DNA of 64,000 bases from Poseidonia sp. (lineage in GTDB: Archaea > Thermoplasmatota > Poseidoniia > Poseidoniales > Poseidoniaceae), in contig JBDQNU010000007.1 of NCBI GenBank assembly GCA_040261535.1, forward strand, positions 1,927 to 65,926, given 5' to 3'. Both the position numbers and the translations under genes were made by a program. Shown here piece by piece: positions 19,198 to 27,813 of this stretch (positions are counted from its first letter, which is position 1; every line of letters begins with the position of its first letter). Below the pieces are notes generated by a model. The model did not search any database. It saw only the letters and a list, made by a program, of their open reading frames with translations, and had not been told where the DNA came from.

Positions 19198-21430
19198 CAT
19201 CATCGCCATCGCTCAGCGCTTGACCGAAGAAGGGGTGTTGGGGGCTCCTGCCCTTCGTTTCGGATCGCCCGACCGTACGATGCTGGTCTCGGCAGGCCCT
19301 GCTTCCCATTTGGCCCGGTGGTCGTTGCTCAGCGGCCCGACGAAGCAGCGGGTGACGGTTCGTCAGCCCTCCCGTGAAACGATGCCTTCGGCTCAACCCC
19401 ATTCTCCGCTCGCCGGAGAAATCCGGCTGGTCGAAGAGAAGCCGCTCCTGCAAGCCGAAGTCGAAGAATGGAAGCACGGCTCGTGGTACCACCGCGTCAC
19501 CCTGCGGGCGACCGACCTTGCCGATTTGATGGAAAAATTGAGGGCCCAGACGCCAACGGACCCCTTCCTGCACCCCCACGCCTCCTCGTTCCCCAAAGCC
19601 CCGTTCTGGTGCGGTGGATTGGCGTACGATTTGGTGCAGTGGACCCAGCCGTTGCAACTGCAACACCCACCCGCCGAAGGCGCTCTTCTCGCCGTGCTTT
19701 GGTGCGTCACCGAAGGCGTGGTGGTGGAGAACGGGACGGGAGAGGCGACGGTGTTCGGAAGCGACGAGGTTTGGTGCTCAAAAGCCGAGGCGGCCATCGC
19801 CAAGCAAGGGCATTTGGAGTCGTTGCCCAAAGCCACGCACCATCGGGAGGTGGTCACGCACACCGACGAAACGCATCAGGACAACATCGAAGCGGTTCGT
19901 GCAGGCATCGTCAACGGCCAGGTGTACCAGGTCAACATCGGAAAACACTGGCAGGGCGAAATCGACGACCCGTATGCCGTCTTTCAACGCCTGCTCGCCA
20001 CCAACCCTGCGCCGTATTCGGCATACGTTGAAGCCGAAGACCTCGGCTTTGCTTTGGCGAGCTCCTCGCCCGAATCCTTGCTCACCTGTCAGGAGGGGCG
20101 TTTGTCAACTTCACCGATCAAAGGCACCTGCCCCCAAGGGGAAAGCGATGCGGAGCGAGAAGCGTTGCGGAACACCATGTTGCAGGACCAAAAAGAACGG
20201 GCGGAACACCGCATGCTCGTGGACTTGATGCGCAACGACCTGACCCGAATATCTCAACCCGGAAGCGTGGTCGTGAGCCGATTTGACGTGGAGGCGTACG
20301 CCAATGTTCAGCATTTGGTCAGCCACATCACCTCGCAATTGGGCGAGGACCTGTGGTCGGGCGAAGCCCTGCAAGCCGTGTTCCCCGGCGGCTCCATCAC
20401 GGGCTGCCCTCGCACGATGGTGTGTGCGGTCATCGACGAACTGGAACAGATGCCAAGGTCCTATTGGACCGGTTCGGTAGGGTACATCGACGTCCACTCG
20501 GGAGCATGTGCGTGGAACATCCTGATCCGAACCCTCGAGGCGCACCGGAAAGGAAACCAATGGATGGCGTCGGTTGGAGCAGGTGGAGGCATCACCATCG
20601 CCTCCGACCCCATCAAAGAGGTGGAAGAGGCGGCGTGGAAAGGCTCAGCCCTTCGCGTGGCGGCAGGATGGATGCGAAACGAACACACCCGCTTGCCCCA
20701 AGCATCGCTGAGCATCCATCCAATCCATGCAGAAGCGCCCTCAACCGTTCCCGAGGCAAAAGGAATCATCCAATCGTTGAACCAAGCGCTTGGTCAAGAA
20801 CACCCCACGGGGGTATTATTCGTCGACAACCTTGACTCGTTTTCGCTGAACATCGCGGATGCCTTTGCCCAACTTGGCCACAACGTGACGATGCTCGAGG
20901 GGCGCTCGCCCAGCATGGAGCCGTACGTTGACCCGGTCGCCCTCAACGACCTGCTCGACCGCCTCCAACCGACCCACATCGTGCTCGGTCCGGGCCCGGG
21001 ACGACCTGACGACGGGACGCTCACCCTCGCCTTGGCGCATCACGCCTTGGCCGGTCAACTCAACGTGCCCGTTCTCGGCGTTTGTTTGGGCCATCAGGCC
21101 TTGGCTCAAGCCGATGGATGGTACGTCGCTGCTGCACCCGACGGACCGGTGCACGGCGTTCCCGTCCTCGTCGAGCACGACCGAACGGGACTTTTTGCTG
21201 GGGTCAGCACCGAGGGGATGGTCTTAACGAGGTACAACTCGCTGGTGGCAGAGCGACCAGGTCTAGCCGTGTTGATGACGAACGCCACGGAAAAGGAAAC
21301 GGGGCATGTCATGGGATTGCAGCATCCCACCTTGCCGATTCACGGGCTGCAAGTCCATCCAGAATCGGTCGGATCACCAAACGGAAAGATACTGTTGAAG
21401 GCCTTTCTTGAAATTCAATCGGATGGTTGA
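19187..21430 (+). CDS. pabB: fused aminodeoxychorismate synthase: chorismate-binding component I (N-terminal) plus glutamine amidotransferase (C-terminal)
   Basis: Chorismate-binding motifs are SPESLL, SPIKGT, ERAEHRMLVDLMRNDL, GSITGCPR and YWTGSVGY. The GATase-1 region has VLFVDNLDSFS, GPGPGRP, GVCLGHQAL and HGLQVHPES. A GTG at 19187 overlaps the pabC stop; the ORF-track start at 18851 would overlap pabC by 347 nt. An anthranilate synthase (TrpE-G) cannot be fully excluded. Confidence 0.8.
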   Translation: MAHDIIAIAQRLTEEGVLGAPALRFGSPDRTMLVSAGPASHLARWSLLSGPTKQRVTVRQPSRETMPSAQPHSPLAGEIRLVEEKPLLQAEVEEWKHGSWYHRVTLRATDLADLMEKLRAQTPTDPFLHPHASSFPKAPFWCGGLAYDLVQWTQPLQLQHPPAEGALLAVLWCVTEGVVVENGTGEATVFGSDEVWCSKAEAAIAKQGHLESLPKATHHREVVTHTDETHQDNIEAVRAGIVNGQVYQVNIGKHWQGEIDDPYAVFQRLLATNPAPYSAYVEAEDLGFALASSSPESLLTCQEGRLSTSPIKGTCPQGESDAEREALRNTMLQDQKERAEHRMLVDLMRNDLTRISQPGSVVVSRFDVEAYANVQHLVSHITSQLGEDLWSGEALQAVFPGGSITGCPRTMVCAVIDELEQMPRSYWTGSVGYIDVHSGACAWNILIRTLEAHRKGNQWMASVGAGGGITIASDPIKEVEEAAWKGSALRVAAGWMRNEHTRLPQASLSIHPIHAEAPSTVPEAKGIIQSLNQALGQEHPTGVLFVDNLDSFSLNIADAFAQLGHNVTMLEGRSPSMEPYVDPVALNDLLDRLQPTHIVLGPGPGRPDDGTLTLALAHHALAGQLNVPVLGVCLGHQALAQADGWYVAAAPDGPVHGVPVLVEHDRTGLFAGVSTEGMVLTRYNSLVAERPGLAVLMTNATEKETGHVMGLQHPTLPIHGLQVHPESVGSPNGKILLKAFLEIQSDG

Positions 21431-21466
21431 AGAATCCCTTACCGTTGGCCAACATGAGGAACCGCC

Positions 21467-21853
21467 ATGCCAGCCTGTCGTCACTGCGGAAGCACGTATC
21501 CACGGGAGATCTTCATCCACGGAAACGGACCCAATGCCCAAGTTTGCGTCCAATGCGGCGTCGACAAAGGATTGGTCACCAAGGAAGAAGTCCCTGTGCT
21601 TTTCGACAAAGGGACCGCAGGCGCCCGATTCTCGACCGTAGCACGGCGTTACAGCATGTTCCTCTATTTGCCGTTCCTTTGGGCCTTGTGGGGAGCCACG
21701 CTCTCCGATGTTGAGCCCTGGGGCCTCTTCTTCCTCGGATTGCTCCTGCTGCTCACACTCGCAGCGCCGGTGCTGTTCATCTACCGAGGTGGGCGGTACT
21801 CCGGTGACATGGCTCGACTTTCTCCGGCCTACGACCGCCCGAAAGGTCACTGA
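21467..21853 (+). CDS. zinc-ribbon membrane protein
   Basis: N-terminal CRHCG...CVQCG (CxxC x2) followed by two hydrophobic helices. Confidence 0.5.
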   Translation: MPACRHCGSTYPREIFIHGNGPNAQVCVQCGVDKGLVTKEEVPVLFDKGTAGARFSTVARRYSMFLYLPFLWALWGATLSDVEPWGLFFLGLLLLLTLAAPVLFIYRGGRYSGDMARLSPAYDRPKGH

Positions 21854-21858
21854 GCCGT

Positions 21859-23148
21859 TCATGTCTTGGCGTGAATTTTCAGGACGTCGCCGTCGGCAAG
21901 TTCGTGATCAGCACCCACCACACGTCGGGTTCGTCCGTCAACGCCGCGGATGAAGCCCGCACCCAAATCGGTGTGGACGTGGCTGGCAAGCGCCTTGGCG
22001 TGAATGCCCTGAGGGACGACAAAAGCATCGGGCAACACGCGCCCCTCGCCGTCAACCCAATGCGTTTCGTCCTGTACAGGATAGACGACGATCCGGTCAA
22101 GGCGGTCAAACAGCACCGTATCGAGAAGACGAGCAAGCCCGGTGCCCTGCATCGTTTGCAATTTTGCGTGCATGTGACTCAATGCCTTTTGCTGGGCATC
22201 GCTCAGCGATGAGGCGGACGTCACCTCAAATGTTGGCGCCCCCGGACGGTATTGAATCAAGCCCGATTCGGTCGCTCGGCGAAGCGCCAGTTCCATGTCC
22301 GCCATGCACGGCACGATGGTTCGGTTGTCAAACCGGTCGACCACGCCCGAAGGCGAAAGGTCGGCTTTGTTCGCTGCGTAGACGATGGGGAAGAGGTGGA
22401 GGCGCAAACTTTGGCCAAGTTGTTGCAGGACATCAGCACCCCAATCCCAAGGTTGGCCCTCAACCGAACGATGCTCTCGGAAATGCATCATCGCCTGCGT
22501 CACCAGCGAATGGGTTGCACCCAATCCGCTCAAGCGTTCGTGGATAAACGAGACGAGGCCTTTCTCGCCCTCGGCCTGTACCCGACGCACGCCTCGGTTC
22601 CATCCCTCGTTGAGCAGGCCGCCAATCCAAGCATCGAGCTCGTTTTCGAGGAAGGTCATTTCCGCTTCCATGCGTTTGGCGGCGTCCTCAAGAGACGCCG
22701 CACCACCGAGGTATTGGCCTTCTTCGTCGGTGGTGCCTGCAGCATCAAGCACCTGAATCAGCACGTCGCAATTGGCCAAGTCCGCAAGGAAGGCGTTGCC
22801 GCGGCCCCGACCTTCGCTTGCACCCGGTACAAGGCCGGCAACGTCAACCAGCGCTACGGGAACCGAGCGCCGGTGACCGATGCAGCTTCCTGTGCGCGGT
22901 TCGCAAAGGCTTCCTTGGCGAGGATCGTCAAGCTCTATGGGCGCCAACCGGCCCTCGCCTTCCAACTTTTCACGCAGGCTCTTGCAGGCACAAGGAAGCC
23001 GTGCCTCAACGAAAGCGACCCCGACGTTGGGGTCGATGGTGCAAAAAGGGTAGTTCGCAATGTCAACTTGGGCAAGCGTGGCCGCACTGAAGAAGGTGGA
23101 TTTGCCGACATTGGGTTTTCCAACCAGCCCGATGCGCACAAGCATCAC
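21859..23148 (-). CDS. ychF: YchF/OLA1-family Obg-like GTPase/ATPase with C-terminal TGS-like domain
   Basis: G1 motif GLVGKPNVGKSTFF, then NYPFCTIDPNVGVA (typical of YchF), an NKAD G4-like motif (AANKADL), and a C-terminal GDVLKIHAK TGS-like end. Confidence 0.8.
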   Translation of the reverse strand: MMLVRIGLVGKPNVGKSTFFSAATLAQVDIANYPFCTIDPNVGVAFVEARLPCACKSLREKLEGEGRLAPIELDDPRQGSLCEPRTGSCIGHRRSVPVALVDVAGLVPGASEGRGRGNAFLADLANCDVLIQVLDAAGTTDEEGQYLGGAASLEDAAKRMEAEMTFLENELDAWIGGLLNEGWNRGVRRVQAEGEKGLVSFIHERLSGLGATHSLVTQAMMHFREHRSVEGQPWDWGADVLQQLGQSLRLHLFPIVYAANKADLSPSGVVDRFDNRTIVPCMADMELALRRATESGLIQYRPGAPTFEVTSASSLSDAQQKALSHMHAKLQTMQGTGLARLLDTVLFDRLDRIVVYPVQDETHWVDGEGRVLPDAFVVPQGIHAKALASHVHTDLGAGFIRGVDGRTRRVVGADHELADGDVLKIHAKT

Positions 23149-23158
23149 CGAGGGTTCG

Positions 23159-25144
23159 TCACTCCTCTTCTATCGAGGCGGTGATGTTGTGGTCACGCTT
23201 GACTTGAGCGATGGCGATGTCAAGTTCCGGGAGGTTCAACTCGCCGTCACCGTCAAGGTCCATGCTCTCCACGAGGTCCGCTGCTTCAATGCTGGACAAG
23301 GCCGTGATGTTGGAAGCTTCGAGGGCCGCCAAAAATTCCCGACTGTCAATTTTGCCGGAGTCGTCAAGGTCCATGCTTCGGAAGAGGTCGAACACCGATT
23401 GGTCCGTGTCCACGAGGTATTGGACGAAGTCCACCATGGCTTGGGCCGTCGTGGCGGGGAATTCGGTGATCTCGTCGTTGTGGAGGGCTGCATCAACACC
23501 GATGATGGTGGAGCCGCCTTCGGCTTCCGATGCTTCGCTCACGAGAAGTTCGGTATCAACGCCGACCCCGCGCCCGATGAGCGCTCGGATGGTGGTGGAA
23601 GAACCGGCGACCAACGTGTAGGAGGAGACGTCCGAGACCACGGTTGCGTCCACGGTACGTCCGGTGGAGGAAATGCCGGTTCGGATGGTGACCAAGGTCG
23701 CAAAAATGGTTCCGATGCCGAGCAAGTAGAACAGCGCAGCACCCGTCAAGTAGAAGCCGCCGTTGTTGGCCACAACGTCCTCGATTTCAGAGGCTGCAAC
23801 CGCATTGGCGGTGAACTCGCCCGTCAGATAGATCAGCGTTGAAGCGACACCGCCCACCAACACCAGCCACGAAGCCAGATGAGCGCTCGAGGGCGTGGCC
23901 AACGGCTTTCCAATCGCCAGAGGGTAGTTGGTGAAAACGCCGGCAAGGACGAGCAAGCCCCCGACCGTGAAGAGCATGCCGAGGTCGACGGCGTGAGCCA
24001 TGGAGCCCAGTTCACCGGTTCCAACGAAGGTGTCCATGGCGGTGAAGTACCCGCCAATGGCAAAGAAGGGGAGCACCATGAACGCCATGACGCCCGCCAT
24101 GGCTCCGGGGTGCTTGACCACCGCACTCAAACCGCTGGCTCCGGTCATGACGAGGTTGATGGATGCCGCAAAGAGAGGCAACATGCCGAGGGTCAGCAGG
24201 ATGGCACCGAGGTTGGTCACGAAGTTGCCTGCTGAAGCCTCGGTCATGAAGAACGGAGGAACGGTCACGAACAACAGGAACATGCTGGCCGTCCGCATCG
24301 AACCCGACCAAATGGGTTGCTTGGAAGCCATGGGAATCACGTGGTAACCGACGGCCAGCATGAAGGCCAACGGGGCCCAACCAAGGGCAACGCGCTCGCC
24401 AAACCACACGACTTGGGTCGCATCGGCAAGTTCGCCGAAGAAGACGAAAAACATCGAGAGGATGTAGGCTGCAAGCCCCATGATGAGGAACCATGCGCTC
24501 GTTTGGAGGTCCTGGTCTCCCCGTTGGGCGACCGTGATGAGGACGTTGATGAACACCGGAAGCAACAACATCCCGACGACCAGCGTTTCAAGGCTGAGCA
24601 AGAAGGTTCTGTAGGGGTTTTCAGAGGTATCGAGGTCCAAAAATCCGAAGATGAACGGTAGGATGTACGTGGCGAGAAGAACCGCAGAGAGCAGGACGGC
24701 CACCATCGAGGCGTTGGCCTCGCTGGCGAGGCGGCCGTTGCCGTTGCGTGCAGCGCCGACCATGGCACTTCCGACCAGTCCGTAGAGCAAAGCAATGCTC
24801 AGGAAGTTCACGGTGGCGTCTTTCAGCGACGAACCGTCATCGTAGGACCAGCCAACGCTGGCGAGGGAATCCAGGGCGGAAGGGTCGTAATTGTGCCACC
24901 CCCATAGGAAGCCGAGGACGCTGGAGAAGACCAACCAGAGCATACCGAAATTCATCCAGGTGCGGGAACCGCTGCCGTCTTTGTCGTCGAAAATGTCAAC
25001 GAGGCCGGGCGGGTTCTTTCGGAGCACGAACAGGCCGATGTGTTGGAGCGCACCGCCCACCGAGCCAACACCCTTGGCGAGGGATTGAGAGAGCAAAAAC
25101 AGGGCGCCAATCATGAATGCGCCAGCGAGGAAAACCGTTTCCAT
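23159..25144 (-). CDS. polytopic membrane protein with distant heme-copper-oxidase subunit-I-like core and C-terminal EF-hand pair
   Basis: Has at least 10 hydrophobic helices. The segment [40 protein letters not shown] (nt ~24308-24412) is colinear with the CcoN block WYGHNAVGF...[23 protein letters not shown]. Two canonical EF-hand loops are [12 protein letters not shown] (23336-23371) and [12 protein letters not shown] (23225-23260). Confidence 0.6.
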   Translation of the reverse strand: [661 protein letters not shown]

Positions 25145-25158
25145 TCATCACACCCCCC

Positions 25159-25431
25159 TTATTCGGCAAGCACCTCGCCCACCAACGTTGCAACGATCGC
25201 TCCGACACCGATGAGGAAGCCGATGAGATAGTACCAGATGCCGCTACCGCCGAGGTTCTGAACCAGCGGCACGAGTTCGCCGAGCAGGGGAAGGTTGTCC
25301 CAACCGAAGACGTTTGAGAAAAGGGAATACAGGCCGAGCAATCCGACAAAAAAGAGCGTCAAAACAATTCTGCTGGCGGTGGGTTCGCCCGTGCCGACGG
25401 TCGTGTCGGGAAGGGCTCGAGTGTTCGTCAT
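25159..25431 (-). CDS. small membrane protein (2-3 TM), probably co-transcribed with 23159-25144
   Basis: Hydrophobic 90-aa ORF. The ATG at 25431 lies 7 nt after GAGGTG; the ORF-track start at 25440 is the GTG inside that SD-like element. Only 14 nt separate it from the downstream gene. Confidence 0.45.
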   Translation of the reverse strand: MTNTRALPDTTVGTGEPTASRIVLTLFFVGLLGLYSLFSNVFGWDNLPLLGELVPLVQNLGGSGIWYYLIGFLIGVGAIVATLVGEVLAE

Positions 25432-25446
25432 GCGGTGCACCTCAAA

Positions 25447-25465
25447 TTGACCCCATAGGGGTCAA
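25447..25465 (-). other. perfect inverted repeat TTGACCCC-ATA-GGGGTCAA
   Basis: Read directly from the sequence: 8-bp stem and 3-nt loop. In gene-sense it is followed by TTT and then GAGGTG. Confidence 0.5.
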
Positions 25466-25471
25466 GCCTCC
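25460..25471 (-). promoter_or_regulatory. copy 2 (variant GGAGGCTTGACC) of the recurrent motif, 28 nt upstream of the ATG at 25431
   Basis: Shares the 11-nt core GAGGCTTGACC with the other two copies. It overlaps the 8-bp-stem palindrome at 25447-25465. Confidence 0.3.
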
Positions 25472-25537
25472 GACTGGACGGGCGGTGATAAACATTCACC
25501 ACGCCCAATGACGAAAAGAACGGCCTGCTAGGCGGTC

Positions 25538-26743
25538 TCAAGGTGAGCGAAGGGCGTCAACGACCCTCCCGCGTCGGGGTTTTGAAATCCCGAGGGGGAC
25601 CGGCAGGTGTCGCTCAAGCATCACCTCGGTTTTCCACACGGTGCGACACGAACAATCCAGTCCTTCGAACTCAAGGAGACTCCCCGACACGGCGTAGCGC
25701 TCGATGGCGGCCACGACCTCGGCGTCGCAGGCTCCGCAATTGTGGGAGCCGCGTATTTTCCCACCGGCCGTTGGGTGCACGATGAGGCGAGAGACCTGGT
25801 CCTCGTCGCCGTTGATGCCGCCCTTTGGATGGATCACGGCGTGGGCTCGCTGAATCATTTCAACCAAGGACCAGAGCCACGGAGGGCGGTATTCGTTGTG
25901 CCGATGGAGGCGGTCGATGATGGTCCCTCGTTGGATGTTCATTGGATTGACCGAGATTTCGTCCGAACGCTCGGCAACGGCTTCAATCCACGTGACGCAA
26001 TGGTCAAGGGCATCGGCTTCGCTCATGAAGGGGGGTTTGAACATCAGGTAGGTTTTGATGCGGAGGCCAGCGCGCTGAAGGTTCACCACCGCACGGTCCC
26101 ATGCGGCGGTCGAGAACCCCTTGTTGACGTGGAAGCGGAGCACTTCGTCGTCGTAGGCCTCAAGGCCAATGGCGACGGTGAAGGATGGATTGATGCCGGT
26201 GGCCCAGGCGAGTTTGGCTTCCGTGAGTTGTTCACAGCGGCTTTCGACGATGAGTTCCTTGCCGAGTTCGTGGCAGTCTCTCAAAACGGTTTCTTGGAAG
26301 TCGACGGGGATTTCTCGGTCTTCGAGCAGGCTGCCCGACGTGTAGACCTTGACCATGGCTTGTTCGCTAAAATTGTCAAATTTCTTCTTCGCTGCCGCCC
26401 ATTGGGCGTGAAGGTCCTCGCTGGTCACGTCGTCCCTCGTGTCGTTGAAGTACCCACAAAATGTGCATCCCGATGACCACCACCAGTGGCATCCTTTGGT
26501 GCGAAGAATCACGGTAACGGCCGAGCACGGTGTTCCGTCCTCCTGCACTTCGGGCGTCGTGTACACCGTTGCAGGTTCGGAAGCATCCCACGATTGTTGC
26601 TTGGTCTTGGCCCAAGGGGTGTTCGCCGGAGCTTTCACCAAATCGTGGATGCGAAGCCCCCGATCACCGGTGCCGAGCAAGGGCTGAGGGCGTGGATCGG
26701 CCATGGGGTCACCGCATGCTTGCGTCAGCGTCGACGGTTTCAA
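25538..26743 (-). CDS. radical-SAM protein, archaeal TIGR01210/RaSEA-like (possible archaeosine pathway)
   Basis: The Cys cluster in ILRTKGCHWWWSSGCTFCGY matches my recollection of this archaeal radical-SAM family. Size is ~400 aa and there is a C-terminal CGAC...CSC cluster. Family assignment unverified. Confidence 0.6.
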   Translation of the reverse strand: MKPSTLTQACGDPMADPRPQPLLGTGDRGLRIHDLVKAPANTPWAKTKQQSWDASEPATVYTTPEVQEDGTPCSAVTVILRTKGCHWWWSSGCTFCGYFNDTRDDVTSEDLHAQWAAAKKKFDNFSEQAMVKVYTSGSLLEDREIPVDFQETVLRDCHELGKELIVESRCEQLTEAKLAWATGINPSFTVAIGLEAYDDEVLRFHVNKGFSTAAWDRAVVNLQRAGLRIKTYLMFKPPFMSEADALDHCVTWIEAVAERSDEISVNPMNIQRGTIIDRLHRHNEYRPPWLWSLVEMIQRAHAVIHPKGGINGDEDQVSRLIVHPTAGGKIRGSHNCGACDAEVVAAIERYAVSGSLLEFEGLDCSCRTVWKTEVMLERHLPVPLGISKPRRGRVVDALRSP

Positions 26744-27813
26744 ACCACCGCATCGGGCATACCAAGACTTGCTTCGAAGAAACCCACCATCCGGTCCCGG
26801 TATTCGTCGGGTTGGGTGAGCATCAACGTGACGTGGGACAGAACGCCTTCTCGGTCCCGGTCGTTGTGGGCAACCCCGGAGGAGGCAAACCAGCAGTCAA
26901 CGAACCCGTCCTCGGTCACGCCCGCTTGAGCGGCTTCGCACATGGATTCTCCGTGGTGGATAGCGATCCGGACGTCTTCGAGGGATTGGGTGATGAAGAC
27001 CGAACGGTCGCCAACATCGGCCATGGCGTTGATGGGTTCGTACTTGACCAAATCATCGCCCGAGGAGACCTTTCCAGCAAAGATGGCGGCGTTCTTGAGG
27101 AAGGGAGGGAAGCCGGCAAACGCCAACTCTTCGTGGATGATGTCCCCCATTGAAGAAAACGGGGATTCGAGGAAGACGGCCTCCAAGGCGGGTTCTTGCT
27201 CAAAGGCGATGCTGACGGTTCCTGCGCCCATGGAAATGCCCATGCCGCCGATGTTCTCGGGCGAGGCCCCTTTCTCGTCCTGAAGCCATTGCCAGACAGC
27301 GAGGAAATCCCGGTATTCTCGCTGCCCTGCGGAAACCAAACCGTCCTCGGTTGTGCTGTCCCCGTGGTCCCGCATATCAAAGAGGATGACGTTGAACCCG
27401 GCTTGGTGGAGCCAAGCCGCCGGAATCAGCGCCTCATGGTTGGCTTTGCAGGACCGGATACCGTGGACGATGATGACCCAAGGGCTGGAGGTTTCGCTCT
27501 CCATCACCCACGCCGCCAACGTGATGGGCTCTCCGGGCACGTCGATGGTGACGTTGCTCCATTGATCAAACCACAACGGTTCGAGGGACGAGGCCAAGGT
27601 CTCGTTCTTTTGGTGGGTCACCGTCTCGACGTCTTCGTGCCACAATTCGACGCTGAACTCGTCGGGTGAGTTTCGAGCAGCGTGCCCGGAGCAATCCGGG
27701 CTGCTGGCTGCCGCCAAGGAGTAAACGATGTTGCCGACCTGGAAGTAAGCAAAGGGCATGCTCGCTATGAGAAAAATCAACACCGCAGGAACGCTTCGTC
27801 GCCATCCACTCAT
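26740..27813 (-). CDS. membrane-anchored alpha/beta-hydrolase (serine hydrolase)
   Basis: N-terminal TM helix, nucleophile elbow GGMGISMGAG (GxSxG), HG oxyanion motif (IIVHGIRS), and Asp/His candidates late in the sequence. Confidence 0.7.
   Translation of the reverse strand: MSGWRRSVPAVLIFLIASMPFAYFQVGNIVYSLAAASSPDCSGHAARNSPDEFSVELWHEDVETVTHQKNETLASSLEPLWFDQWSNVTIDVPGEPITLAAWVMESETSSPWVIIVHGIRSCKANHEALIPAAWLHQAGFNVILFDMRDHGDSTTEDGLVSAGQREYRDFLAVWQWLQDEKGASPENIGGMGISMGAGTVSIAFEQEPALEAVFLESPFSSMGDIIHEELAFAGFPPFLKNAAIFAGKVSSGDDLVKYEPINAMADVGDRSVFITQSLEDVRIAIHHGESMCEAAQAGVTEDGFVDCWFASSGVAHNDRDREGVLSHVTLMLTQPDEYRDRMVGFFEASLGMPDAVV

Noticed and set aside
25460-25471. Reading TTGACC in the recurrent motif as a bacterial sigma-70 -35 box
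   Set aside because: No -10 (TATAAT-like) hexamer lies 16-18 nt downstream in any copy, and the gene content is archaeal.
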